Assembly: GCF_036365525.1 (NCBI RefSeq)
Contig: NC_090371.1
Coordinates: forward strand, 104,442,649-104,506,648
Source of the DNA: Heterodontus francisci
Lineage: Eukaryota
Direction of reading: 5' to 3'
DNA length: 64,000 bases
The notes below the pieces were generated by a model. That model worked only from the letters and a program-made list of their open reading frames with translations, searched no databases and was not told where the DNA came from. Position numbers and translations under genes: made by a program. Position 1 is the stretch's first letter; each line of letters opens with the position of its first letter. Shown here one piece after another: positions 49,506 through 61,858 of this stretch.

Positions 49506-50189
49506 ACATTACTGTGCTTAGAAAAATTGCATTGTATGTAAAATGCAGTCAGCACGTTAATGGATGGGCTTAGTTTTAAAATGAAATTACCTGGATTTAC
49601 AAAATTGTTAAATGACACAAGCAAACTACTGAACGAGATTGTTGCCTTTTTAAGTTGTGACATGATTTAAGAATTGAAAGTGGCATATATTACATCTAGT
49701 TGAAGATGTAACACTTAAGTAGCACCTTGTGATTCTCACAGACTAATCAGCTTGCTACATACCAACTCGCTATGTTGGAAGCCATGCAAGCAGCTAATTG
49801 GAAGAGTTGGGTTTGTGGGAAGCATGCGATCCATCAGCTAAGTCCATTTACCCCATGTGATAAAACTGAGACTGGCAGATTGAGTCAAATTCCTAGAAGG
49901 CGCCACAGCATGAAAACCTTTAATAATGTAGATGTGTGGCCCTTTAGGACAAATTACAAGCTTTTCTAGCAATGACAAAAATGTTAAAATGACGCAGACT
50001 TCAAATACATCAGCAGGATGCTGCTTAACAGTGAAGTAGATGTATGTTAATGCTGTGTAAGTCTTACTGCAAAGTATTAATGATTGTTACTAGGCTAAGG
50101 TGCGATAATAGCCTCTTCATGAATGATTGCAAAAATTTTAAAATCCTCCGCGATATTGTCTGTGATACTGCACATACTTGCTATTGAAG

Positions 50190-50934
50190 AATGCGGAATA
50201 CAGGCTTAAAGACAGGATTCTTGATAGTGTGGAGGAACAGAGAGATCTTGGGGTCCATGTCCATAGATCGCTCAAAGTTGCCACCCAAGTTGATAGGGTT
50301 GTTAAGAAGGCGTATGGTGTGTTGGCTTTCATTAACAGGGGGATTGAGTTTAAGAACCGTGAGGTTATGCTGCAGCTCTATAAGGCCCTGGTTTGACCAC
50401 ACTTGGAATATTGTGTTCAGTTCTGGTCGCCTCATTATAAGAAGGATGTGCAAGCTTTAGAGAGTGTGCAGAGGAGATTTACCAGGATGCTGCCTGGACT
50501 GGAGGGCATGTCCTACGAAGAAAGATTGAGGGAGCTAGGGCTTTTCTCATTGGAGCGAAGAAGGATGAGAGGTGACTTGATAGAGGTGTACAAGATGATG
50601 AGAGGCATAGATAGAGTGGACAGCCAGAGACTTTTTCCCAGGACGGAAAGGGCTATCACCAGGGGGCATAATTTTAAGGTGATTGGAGGAAGGTTTCGGG
50701 GAGATGTCAGAGGTAGGTTCTTTACACAGAGTGGTGGGTGCGTGGAATGCGCTGCCAGCGGTGGTTGTAGAAGCAGATACATTAGGGACATTTAAGCGAC
50801 TCTTGGATAGGTACATGGATGATAGTAGAATGAAGGGTCGGTAGTTAGTTTGATCTCTGAGTAGGTTAAAGGTTCGGCACAACATCGTGGGCCGAAGGGC
50901 CTGTACTGTGCTGTACTGTTCTATGTTCTATGTT
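50190..50934 (+). mobile_element. CR1 3' fragment (young)
   Basis: QRDLGVHVH..EYCVQFWSPHY..RGDLIEVYK; (TTCTATG)n tail. Confidence 0.92.
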
Positions 50935-51519
50935 TAAGAGTCTGGACAGAGCACTGACTTATATTGTTCACGCTGCATTGTTCCCTGCTTAGGCCAGTGG
51001 AGCTCTGCACGTACCTGCTTACACATGTGCAGAGGACTGCTCACTGGAGACTTAAGTGCAATTAAATTTCTACTCATTGTGAAGAGCTGATGAGATAGCC
51101 TGCTCGTCAGTGATGCTGACAAGTTCCCAGGCAGTTCACTTTCAATTTGAAACTTTCAGATCTCCTCACTTGTCAGAATTTGACATGCTATTAGAGCAGC
51201 AACTTCATTCCTTAGTTGCACTGCAGTTACTGACATAGTTTTCACATCATGCTGACAGAAAAATTACTGCGTACCTTAGCCATAAAATTAATTCTCTTTC
51301 TCCTTCCCTGTATTAAATCAGGGCTGCACTTCATTTTCCTTGAAAATCATTTAAGCAGGGGAATCAAACTTGTCTTCAGTTCACCTGGCACGCGTAACCC
51401 CCACTGGTTATTACTTTCAGGCTGACATTTTTTAGCTTTTAATAAGTGACAAAACGGGAGACCTTGTGAATTTAGGTATTTAATTATATACAGTTTGGTA
51501 GGTGAACAGTTGGGGTGTG

Positions 51520-51740
51520 AGACATTATCCTGCGATCTGGAATGCAATGTCTGAGAGTGTGGTGGAGGTGCATTCAATCGTGGCTTTTAAAAGGGTATTG
51601 GGTAATTAATTGAAGAGAAAACATTTGCAGGGCTGCGGGGAAAGGACAGGAGTGAGATTAGCTGAGCGGCTCTTACAGGGAGCACCCATTGACACGACAG
51701 GCTGAACGACCTCCTTCTGTGTTGTAACAATTCTTGATTC
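51520..51740 (+). mobile_element. Old CR1 3' fragment
   Basis: GATCTGGAATGCAATGTCTGAGAGTGTGGTGGAGG..CCTCCTTCTGTGTTGTAAC. Confidence 0.65.
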
Positions 51741-53589
51741 CTTTTAAGCATATACAACTTGATTTAGTTTGACGTGCTTACTAATTGTACATAGTGTGAA
51801 TGAAAAGAAAATTGGCTTTCCCCAGTTATGTTACAAAATATTTTCCAACTCTTGCTTGTTGCCCTCCTGTCTTTTACCTCTAAATGACTCTGGGAATGTT
51901 GCTGAAAGGTGGAGCTATCCCAGTGCTCTGGAACTGTTGATAGGAAACAGGCTGGTTTTGGCTTGCAGAGCAGGCTGGATATTCCCATCTTTTATTACTA
52001 TTTCCTGACACTTTTTCTGTGAGAGCAGGGAGGGAGAGTTCAAAGTATATTGTTTTTAAAAATAATGCAGATAGTGTGTTTTAATCTATGACTTTAATTC
52101 CAGGGTGCAAATGCTGTCATTACTACAACATTTTGGTCTATACATCATAACTTCATGGTTTTGTATCCTTGGAGTACATTTATTCAGAAATGTTTTAAAG
52201 AAATAGTATCCATGCAAGAAGGACAGCAAGATGTGCAAAAACATCTCTTTAGATTATATTACTTCATTGAAGTAATTCCACAGGGTTACCACTAGAGGAG
52301 ATCTGAAATGGCAGCAGGTATCAGCCATCTAACTGAGGGCAAATGAGTAATTTATGTGGGAGCTATTTGTGAAGTTGTGTAGAGGGTGGTGGGTTTTTTG
52401 TGTCACTGAAAGCACTTTCTTTCTCCTTTAGGACACTATTAAACTTTTGTATGAGGAGATATTATGTACTGCAGAAGTCTTTCTAGGTTTAGTGAACTTG
52501 CTTTGTCATGAGGATTGCATATTATCAAACTATCATGTGAACACCTGATAGAGTTTCAGTATCAACCACTGTTGTAGCTCAAAACAAAATGGTGTATGTG
52601 AAGTGGAGGAAATGAATAATTCTGAAGAAATACTATCCAGTGATATGTAAATGTTTTAAACAGTGTTGATTCAGATGTAATAATGTAATGGGATAACATT
52701 CCTACCACTCTTGAAAACCAGCAAAAGTTGAAAATTTGAAAAAAAGTCCTTTCATATCAGTCTGACCTTGAAAGTACAGTGGAGCATGGACTTATCAGAA
52801 TTTGTGCTGCAAGTATACTCAACATTCCATCACTTGTTTGAGTATTCAAGGGATTTTCTGTCACTGTTTGTAGAGAGATTGTGAGCTATTGTGAATATGT
52901 ATAGTATGTTCTGCTGCTAAATACAATTTTGTTAAATTATTTATTTCAAAGGTTGCCACAATGATGTGGAGGTGTTCATTACATACTCTCTCTCCTTGCT
53001 CAACCTGGCATCCTACTGTCCACTCCCCCTTTCCCTTTTCATGTTGTCACTGTTTTCTCTCTCATCCTTAGTTACAGCTGGCAGCCACCTCACCTTCTTT
53101 CCACCCACTCCCCACTTTTTTTTTTAAATAAAAAGTTTGATTTGTTTATTTGTCCCATTCCGCTAGCTGATCCATTGCCGGGAAAAAAAATTGAGGTTTT
53201 TGCAAGTTTTGACCATAAACTCACTTTTGGAATTCACTACTGCTCCTGTCTCCATCTACTGTGTGGGGTTGAAATTCTGTTGTATGTGGGGATTCCTGTA
53301 ATTGCAAAACTAGTGAGAATTCTTACCTGCAGCAGTTTTATCCCTTGCGAGCAGTAATGATTGTGTTTGTTTATGCAGACAAGTAGACACTGCTCTCAAA
53401 GCATCGACTGTCCATGTGAAATGTGGATTGCTGGTGTGTGTGGACTGTGTATTTATTGAAGGTGGTGATCAAGTTGAAGATTTTAGATGTGTTAGTTTGG
53501 GTGTTTCTGGTTGTATAGGATAGGTGTTGATAGTTTAAAAATTAAGTTATCCAGTCTGTGCCTCTGGGCACCACCTTGTCCTGATGCTT

Positions 53590-53800
53590 ACAAAACAGAA
53601 AAGGCCCAAGTTCCATCCACAGGTTGAGGTGCTACAGTTGCCAGGGTGTCTGCATCTAATAATTATGGAAAGTGCATGTTGGGTGAAGACTGGGTCAGGC
53701 TTGTCTGTAATGCTCTCTGGTTGAATAGCCTGCTTGGGCTCTCATTAAGAACAGTCACTTGGGAAGAGTACTGGAGGGCTGCTGGCACCTGCGGACACGA
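53590..53800 (+). mobile_element. Old unclassified SINE-like repeat
   Basis: Shares TGCTCTCTGGTTGAATAGCCTGCT (53711-53734) with 55858-55881. Confidence 0.35.
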
Positions 53801-53908
53801 AATCCAGTGAGTCTAAACTGTTTGCTGTACAATCTGTAGTTTAAAGACCAGTAACAAAGTTGAATTACAAACTGTTTATTTTGATGTCTCATTCATTGCT
53901 TTTGATGT

Positions 53909-55225
53909 CTCTACATTGCTTTCATTGATCTCACCAAAGCCTTTGACCTCGTCAGCAGACGTGGTCTCTTCAGACTACTAGAAAAGATCGGATGTCCACC
54001 AAAGCTACTAAGTATCATCACCTCATTCCATGACAATATGAAAGGCACAATTCAACATGGTGGCTCCTCATCAGAGCCCTTTCCTATCCTGAGTGGTGTG
54101 AAACAGGGCTGTGTTCTCGCACCCACACTTTTTGGGATTTTCTTCTCCCTGCTGCTTTCACATGCGTTCAAATCCTCTGAAGAAGGAATTTTCCTCCACA
54201 CAAGATCAGGGGGCAGGTTGTTCAACCTTGCCCGTCTAAGAGCGAAGTCCAAAGTACGGAAAGTCCTCATCAGAGAACTCCTCTTTGCTGACGATGCTGC
54301 TTTAACATCTCACACTGAAGAATGCCTGCAGAGTCTCATCGACAGGTTTGCGTCTGCCTGCAATGAATTTGGCCTAACCATCAGCCTCAAGAAAACGAAC
54401 ATCATGGGGCAGGATGTCAGAAATGCTCCATCCATCAATATTGGCGACCACGCTCTGGAAGTGGTTCAAGAGTTCACCTACCTAGGCTCAACTATCACCA
54501 GTAACCTGTCTCTAGATGCAGAAATCAACAAGCGCATGGGTAAGGCTTCCACTGCTATGTTCAGACTGGCCAAGAGAGTGTGGGAAAATGGCGCACTGAC
54601 ACGGAACACAAAAGTCCGAGTGTATCAGGCCTGTGTCCTCAGTACCTTGCTCTATGGCAGCGAGGCCTGGACAACGTATGCCAGCCAAGAGCGACGTCTC
54701 AATTCATTCCATCTTCGCTGCCTTCGGAGAATACTTGGCATCAGGTGGCAGGACTATATCTCCAACACAGAAGTCCTTGAAGCGGCCAACATCCCCAGCT
54801 TATACACACTACTGAGTCAGCGGCGCTTGAGATGGCTTGGCCATGTGAGCCGCATGGAAGATGGCAGGATCCCCAAAGACACATTGTACAGCGAGCTCGC
54901 CACTGGTATCAGACCCACCGGCCGTCCATGTCTCCGTTATAAAGACGTCTGCAAACGCGACATGAAATCGTGTGACATTGATCACAAGTCGTGGGAGTCA
55001 GTTGCCAGCATTCGCCAGAGCTGGCGGGCAGCCATAAAGACAGGGCTAAATTGTGGCGAGTCGAAGAGACTTAGTAGTTGGCAGGAAAAAAGACAGAGGC
55101 GCAAGGGGAGAGCCAACTGTGCAACAGCCCCAACAAACAAATTTCTCTGCAGCACCTGTGGAAGAGCCTGTCACTCCAGAATTGGCCTTTATAGCCACTC
55201 CAGGCGCTGCTTCACAAACCACTGA
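53909..55225 (+). pseudogene. RTE ORF fragment: RT domain (FIDLTKAFD..GVKQG..FADD) to C2HC finger, uninterrupted
   Basis: Frame is open from LYIAFIDLTKAFD (53909) through the 395-aa ORF 54038-55225; lacks the endonuclease and the N-terminal part of RT. Confidence 0.9.
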
Positions 55226-55290
55226 CCACCTCCAGGCGCGTATCCATTGTCTCTCGAGATAAGGAGGCCCAAAAGAAACAAAAAGAAAAA
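53909..55290 (+). mobile_element. RTE (BovB/Expander-like) LINE, 5'-truncated, young
   Basis: 9-bp TSD ATTCATTGC (53891-53899 / 55290-55298), hairpin 3' UTR, A-rich tail. Confidence 0.93.
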
Positions 55291-55689
55291 TTCATTGCCA
55301 TATAACTTGATGCTGGTTGTAATGATCATAGTGAAATAAGTTCAGGCAGCCTTAATCTAGTTCCTACAAAAGTGGCCTAATGTCTGTTTTGATTTGAAAA
55401 GCAGTACAGTTCAAATGGGCATTCTCTTGTACTGTTAGTATGTTGTCACTCCTATTTTTTGTCTCTGAAGTTTATTTACATGTGTGTTTTTCCCCCCCTT
55501 TTAATTGTCTACACACTTGGAAGTGAGCTGCAAATAAAACATATTCTGCCACATGTTATCTGCACAATACTGTGGCCTGCTATACTATAAATGCCAGTTG
55601 ACAATACTGCTCAGCACCCTCATCAATGTCAAAAGATAAGGCATATCCCGGTAGAGGTTGAAAAAAAAATATTTCTAATGAATGCAAAC

Positions 55690-55910
55690 TGTCTTCTGAA
55701 TTAGTTGCTAAGGAGAGGGGGGGGAAAGTTATAATTGGCCACAGCACCCCTGAGCTAACAGGGAATGGGAAAATCAGTCAAGGTTTACACCCCTGATCAT
55801 TATCCAGTGATTGTTGTTGGAATGTTTGCATGTGCGAACACCACTTAATGATTGCGATGCTCTCTGATTGAATAGCTTGCTGACACTTGGTGTGCACATG
55901 ACTATAAGGT
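55690..55910 (+). mobile_element. Old unclassified SINE-like repeat
   Basis: Second copy of the 53590-53800 family. Confidence 0.35.
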
Positions 55911-57274
55911 TGGCCTTTTTGTGCTGTGAAGTTCTGTTCATTAGCTTCACCCCACCCCTTCAGATCGTGTGCATAGGATCGTCACTACCTGGAGCTCTGA
56001 GCTATTACTAGATGTGTGGAAAGATTACATACAGGTCTATTGTTTCATAGTGAGGAAACCAGTGACCTAGAGTTCTCATTTGTACTTCATATGGATGTTT
56101 AGTCCGGAATTACTCACTCACTTCTGTTTGATCTCAAACAGTGTCTGGCTGGAAGGCTATTATCACAAATGTAGTATGGCACAGTATGATTAATTTTTTG
56201 CATGAGGCGAGTTCCTGATTTTGATTCTGCCAATTGCTTGCCTTGCTGTAGATGGTTCCAGATCTTTATGAGCATTCTCAGGTTTTCAGTCACTGGAAGG
56301 ATTCCTACTGCTATATCCTTGATCTGAATAGAGATGTGGAGGGATGTGCCAAGAGCAGAAAGATAACTTGCTGTTGTCACTTGGTCACCTTTGCACATAT
56401 TCTGTTGGCCCCTCAAGTGTGGCATTGGTGCAGATATTTAGTAGGATACTTCCTGCCCCCATCCATGTCTGATATGCGGCTTCAGTAGAGCTGAGGATGG
56501 AGAGAATTATTTTATAGTCTGGCAGTGTATGGACTGTCACCACATTCTTTTTATAATTATCCATTTAATTGCATGTTTACACCCTTGGGCTATAAACAGA
56601 ACAAGTAAATGCATAACACTGCTTTTAAAATTCTCTCTTTATTTCACCGAGATACTTTTCTGTCGCTGATTTTATCTGGTTTTGGGAAGGTGACACTCCA
56701 ACCATCTTCCAGCAGTATGCAAGACCCAGGGAAAGGTGAGCCTTTTATAGATGCTGGCACAACTGAGGCTGGGTCATTTTACCTTTATAAATGCCACAGC
56801 AACAGCAGAGTTTTGGATTTGGCACTGACTGTGCTTCTCTGATAAATTTTCAGGATTTTTTTTTTTTGCTTTGCAGTTTCACTGATGATGAGCTTGCCAT
56901 ATATAACTGGAGGAAGTAACAGGGAAAGGGAGCAGTCATGAGGAACATTTAGACTAAAATTGCATGGATACCTCCATCTGTTTGAGGGTGGCCTCTAGCA
57001 GCTCTGATTCATCAGAGAGGGGCGTATGAATTTTATGTAATTCCAAGCTAGCAGGCAGATATTTTTCAGCGGTTTCATAGTTTCCACATCATTGAAGTGA
57101 GCGTTGCTTCTTGTGCTGATTCTTAGTTTTGAAAGCATGTTATTATTTGAGAGTGAGAACTGGCTTCTATGACAAGGTAGCTGTACACTAGTAAAATAGC
57201 GCAGAATGCTCTGCATGAACTGTAAATCTGGCATGGAAAATCAATCCCCATACACTACACCAGAATAGAAGGCC

Positions 57275-60200
57275 TGCAGGAAGCTGGTATGGGCTGGAGA
57301 GGAACTTGGAGTGGGAGGGGAAGGATCCAGTTGTCGCGGTCCACGTAGGTACCAACGACATAGGTAGGACTAGGAAAGAAGTTCTGCTGAGAGACTATGA
57401 GCAGTTCGGGGCTAAATTAAAAAGCAGAACCTCAAAGGTGGTAATCTCCGGATTACTACCTGAGCCACGTGCAAATTGGCGTAGGGTAAAAAAGACTAGA
57501 GGTAAATGCGTGGCTCAAAGATTGGTGTGGGAGAAATGGGTTCCGATTCATGGGGCACTGGCACCAGTACTGGAGAAGGAGAGAACTGATCCGTTGGATC
57601 GGGCTCCATTTGAACCATGCTGGGACCAGTGTCCTGGCGAATCGTATGACTAGGGTTGTAGATAGGACTTTAAACTAATTAGTGGGGGAGGGGGGTTTCA
57701 ATTGAAGGGAAGTTTTAAAAAATCGAAAAGAAATGAGAGAGCAGAGGTGCAGGGTAGTGAAGAGGTGAACGGTAATCAAAGTGTGACAGGAAGGGGCAGA
57801 AAATGTAAGCAGAAGAGTGCAGCAGAAATTAGAAACAGAATGAGTAATAATGCTAAAAAGTCAAAGCTTAAGGCTCTTTATCTGAATGCATGCAGCATTT
57901 GTAACAAGATAGATGAGTTGACGGCACAAATAGAAATAAATAAATATGACTTGATAGCTATTACAGAGACGTGGTTACAGAGTGACCAAGACTGGGAACT
58001 CAATATTCAAGGGTACTCAACGTTCCAGAAAAATAAGCAAAAAGGAAAAGGAGTTGGGGTAGCTTTGTTATGAAAGGAAAATATCAGTCCGGCGGTGAGT
58101 AGTGATATAGGTGCAATAGATCGTGATGTGGAATGAGTTTGGGTGGAAATAAGGAATAACAAGGATAAGAAATCACGGAGTCGTCTATAGGCCCCCGAAG
58201 AGTTGCCTCACTGTAGGACAAAGTATAAATCGGAAAATAATGGAGGTGTGTAAGAAGGGCGCTACAATTGTCATGGGTGATTTTAATCTGCATATTGACT
58301 GGACAAATTATATTGGTAGAGGTAACATGGAAGACGAATTTGTAGAATGCATCAGGGATTGTTACTTAGAGCAATACATTGCAAAACCTACCCGGGAACA
58401 GGCTATTTTAGATCTAGTAATGTGTAATGAGGTAGGATTAATAAGAGATATGGTAGTTAAGGATCCTCTAGGGGGTAGTGATCACAACATGGCAGAATTT
58501 CAAATTCAGTTTGAGGGCGAGCAACTCTGGTCTCAAACCAGTGTCCTCAACTTAACCAAGGGCAATTAGGGAGGTATGAAGAAAGAGTTGTCTAAAGCAG
58601 GCTGGAAAAATAGACTAAGGGGAAGATCAGTGGATGAGCAGTGGCAGATATTTCATAACGCTCAGCAAAAATTTATCCCAGTGAAAAAGAAGGACTCGAT
58701 GAGAAGGATAAACCACCCGTGGATAACAAAGGCGGTCAAGGAGAGTATCCAATCAAAAACTAAGGCATACAAAGCGGCGAAAATTAGTGGTGGGCCAAAG
58801 GATTGGGATTTTTTTAGGAACCAGCAGCGGATGACTAAAAAGCTAATAAAGAGGGATAAAATTGATTATGAAAGTAAATTGGCAAGAAATATAAAAACAA
58901 ACAGCAAGAACTTCTATAAAGAGAGTAGCTAAAGTGAGCGTGGGACCCTTGGAGGATGCGACTGGAGAATTGATAACGGGGAACAGGGAAATGGCAGATA
59001 ATTTAAACCAATATTTTGCATCAGTCTTCACGGTGGAGGATACTATAAACATCCCACAGATATCAGATAAGCAAGGAGCCAATGGGAGGAAAGATCTTGT
59101 AACAGTCTCTATCACGAGGGACAAAGTATTTGACATTAATGGGACTAAAGGCAGACATGTTGCCAGGACCTGATGGCCTGCATCCAAGGGTTTTAAAGGA
59201 AGTGGCTGCAGAGATAGTGGAGGCATTGGTCGAATTATTCCAGAACGCAATGGATTCCGGGAGGGTCCCAGTGGATTGGAAAACCGCTAATGTGACGCCC
59301 CTGTTCAAGAGGGGAGGGAGACAAAAAGCAGGAAACTATGGGCCAGTTGGTAAAATGCTGGAGTCCATTATTAAGGTAGAAATAGCAGGATGTTTAGAAA
59401 AGCTTAACGCAGTCAATATAGTTTTGTAAAAGGGAAATCATGTTTGACAAATTTGCTAGAGTTCTTTGAGGATATAACAAGCAGAGTTGATTAAAGGGGA
59501 ACTGGTGGATGTAGCGTATTTGGATTTCCAGAAGACATTCGATAAGGTACCACGTAAAAGATTATTGCACAAGATAGGAGCTCACGGTATTGGGGGTAAT
59601 GAATTAACATGGATTGATGATTGTTTAACTCACAGAAAACAGTCGGGATTAATGGGTCTTTTGCAGGTTGGAGAGGCGTAACTAGTGGAGTGCCACAGGG
59701 TTCAGTCCTAGGCCCTCAATTATTTACTATCTATATTAATGACTTGGAGGAGGGGGCTGAGTGTAATATAATCCAAATTTGCTGATACAAAAATTGGTGG
59801 GAGGGCATGTTGTGATGAGGACATAAGGAATCTGCAAGGGGATATAGATAGGTTTAGTGAGTGGGCAAAAACTTGACAGTTGGAGTTTAATGCAGTAAAG
59901 TGTGAGGTCATGCACTTTGGTAGGAAGAATCAAAAGGCAGACTATTATTTAAATGGAGAGAGACTTCAAAAAAATGCAGCACAGAGGGATCTGGGTGTTC
60001 TTGTGCATGAAACACCAAAAGTTATAATGCAGGTGCAGCAAGTAATTAAGAAGGCAAATGGAATTTTGGCCTTTATTGCGAGGGGCTTGGAGTTTAAAAA
60101 TAGGAAATTCTTGTTACAACTGAACACCGTGTTGGTGAGACTGCACCTGGAGTACTGTGTACAGTTTTGGTCCCCGTATTTAAGAAAGGAAATACTGGCA

Positions 60201-60664
60201 TCAGAGGCAGTTCAAAAGAGATTTACTAGGCTGATTCCTGGGATGAAAGGTTGACTTATCAGGAATGGCTAAACAGGTTAGGCCTTTATTCATTGGAGTT
60301 TAGAAGAATGAGGGGTGATCTTATCGAAACGTACAAGATTCTGAGGGGGCTTGACAGGGTAGATGTTGAGAAAATGTTTCCACTAGTGGGGTAATCTCGA
60401 ACTAGGGGAGATAGTTACAGAATAAGAGGACACTCGTTTAAAATTGAGATGCGAAGGAATTTCTTCTCTCAGAGGGTAGTGGAAGCTAGATCACTGAAAG
60501 TATTTAAGGAGGAGGTAGATAGCCCTCAACTGCCCGATATTTCAAAAATCTATGAGGAGCTGGCATGAAAGAGGAGTTGAGGTCTGGGGCAGATCAGCCA
60601 TGAGCTTATTGAATGGCAGGGTAGGCTTGGGCTGAATTTTCTACTCCTATTTCTTATGTTCTTA
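57275..60664 (+). mobile_element. Decayed CR1 LINE with ORF1 esterase C-terminus and ORF2
   Basis: VHVGTNDIG..VISGLLP (SGNH esterase of CR1 ORF1); APE ITETW, GDFNL, SDHN; RT PGPDGLHPRVLKE, LDFQKTFD, LEYCVQFWSP; (TTCTTATG) tail. Confidence 0.92.
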
Positions 60665-60741
60665 AAAGATACCCATTAATCTGTAACAGAGCTCCATCAC
60701 AGTCCACAACCAAAAGCTTCTCTTTGGGGCAAGCATATATA

Positions 60742-61858
60742 AAGTTATAGCTCATGGAATAAAAGGGACAGTAGCAAATTGGATACGAAATTGGCTGAGT
60801 GATTGGAAACCAAGAGTAGTGGTTAATGGATGTTTTTCAGTCTGGAAGAAGGTTTGTAGTGGAGTTCGCCAGGTGTCAGTGTTGGGGTCCTTGCTTTTCC
60901 TGATATATATTGATGACCTAGACCTTGGTGTACAGGGCACAACTTCAAAATTTGCACATGATATGAAATTTGGAAGCATTGTGAACTGTGAGAAGGATAG
61001 TGTAGAACTTCAACAGGATGTAGACAGGTTGTTGGAATGGGTGGTCAAGTGGTAGATGAAGTTCAATGCGGTGAAATGTGAAGTGGTTCATTTTGGTAGC
61101 AAGAACATGGACAGACAATATAAAATGAAGGGTACAATTCTGAAAGGGGTGCAGGAGCATAGGGACCTGGGTGTATATATGCATATGTCATTGAAGGTTG
61201 CAGGGCACATTGAGAGAGCAGTTAATAAAGCATACAGTATCCTGGGCTTTATTAACAGGGGCATAGGGTACAAGATTAAGGAGGTTATGTTAAACTTGTA
61301 CAAAACACTGGTTTGGCCTCAACTGGAGTATTGCCTCCAGTTCTGGACGCCACATTTAAGGAAAGATGTGAAGGCATTGGAGAGAGTGCAGACAAGATTT
61401 ACGAGCATGGTTCCAGGGATGAAGAACTTCATTTACGAAGATAGATTGGAGAAGTTGGGACTGTTTTCCTTGGAGAAGAGAATGCTGAGGAGATTTGGCA
61501 AAGGTTTTCAAAATCATGAGGGGTCTGGACAGAGTAGATTGGGAGAAGCTGTTCCCACTCATGAAAGGATCAAGAACGGGACGGCACAGATTTAAGGTAA
61601 TTGGCAAAAGAAGCAATGGTGACATGAAAAACCTTTACATACAGCGAGTGGTTAAGATCTGGAATGCACTGCAAGTGTGTGTGGTGGAGGAAGGTTCAAT
61701 CGACATTCAAAAGGGAATTAAATAGTTATCTGAAAAGGAAGAAAATGTAGGGTTATGGGGAGAAGGCGGGGGAGTGGCACTAAGTAAATTGCTCACTCAG
61801 AGAGCCGTGCAGACACGATGGCGGCCTCCTGTGCTGTAACAATTCTGAGATTCTGTGA
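60742..61858 (+). mobile_element. CR1 RT-to-3' fragment
   Basis: SGVRQVSVLGSLLFLIYIDDL, KCEVVHFG, LEYCLQFW, RHRFKVIGKR. Confidence 0.9.

Noticed and set aside
52432-52548. Resemblance of LLYEEILCT..LG to the UNC13D/BAIAP3 N-terminal motif
   Set aside because: The similarity covers about 15 residues, does not extend, and no other exons are seen, so no gene name is assigned.
56878-56913. FTDDELAIYN resembles the start of a cytochrome-b5-like (neudesin) domain
   Set aside because: Ten residues only, with no following GxVFDV exon found; probably chance.
6576-61725. Many RT ORFs as a prokaryotic retron, DGR, group II intron or defence system
   Set aside because: All carry non-LTR LINE motifs (APE domain, NYRPxSL, FADD, LINE 3' tails), are truncated or frameshifted, and lie among vertebrate SINEs with no operon structure.
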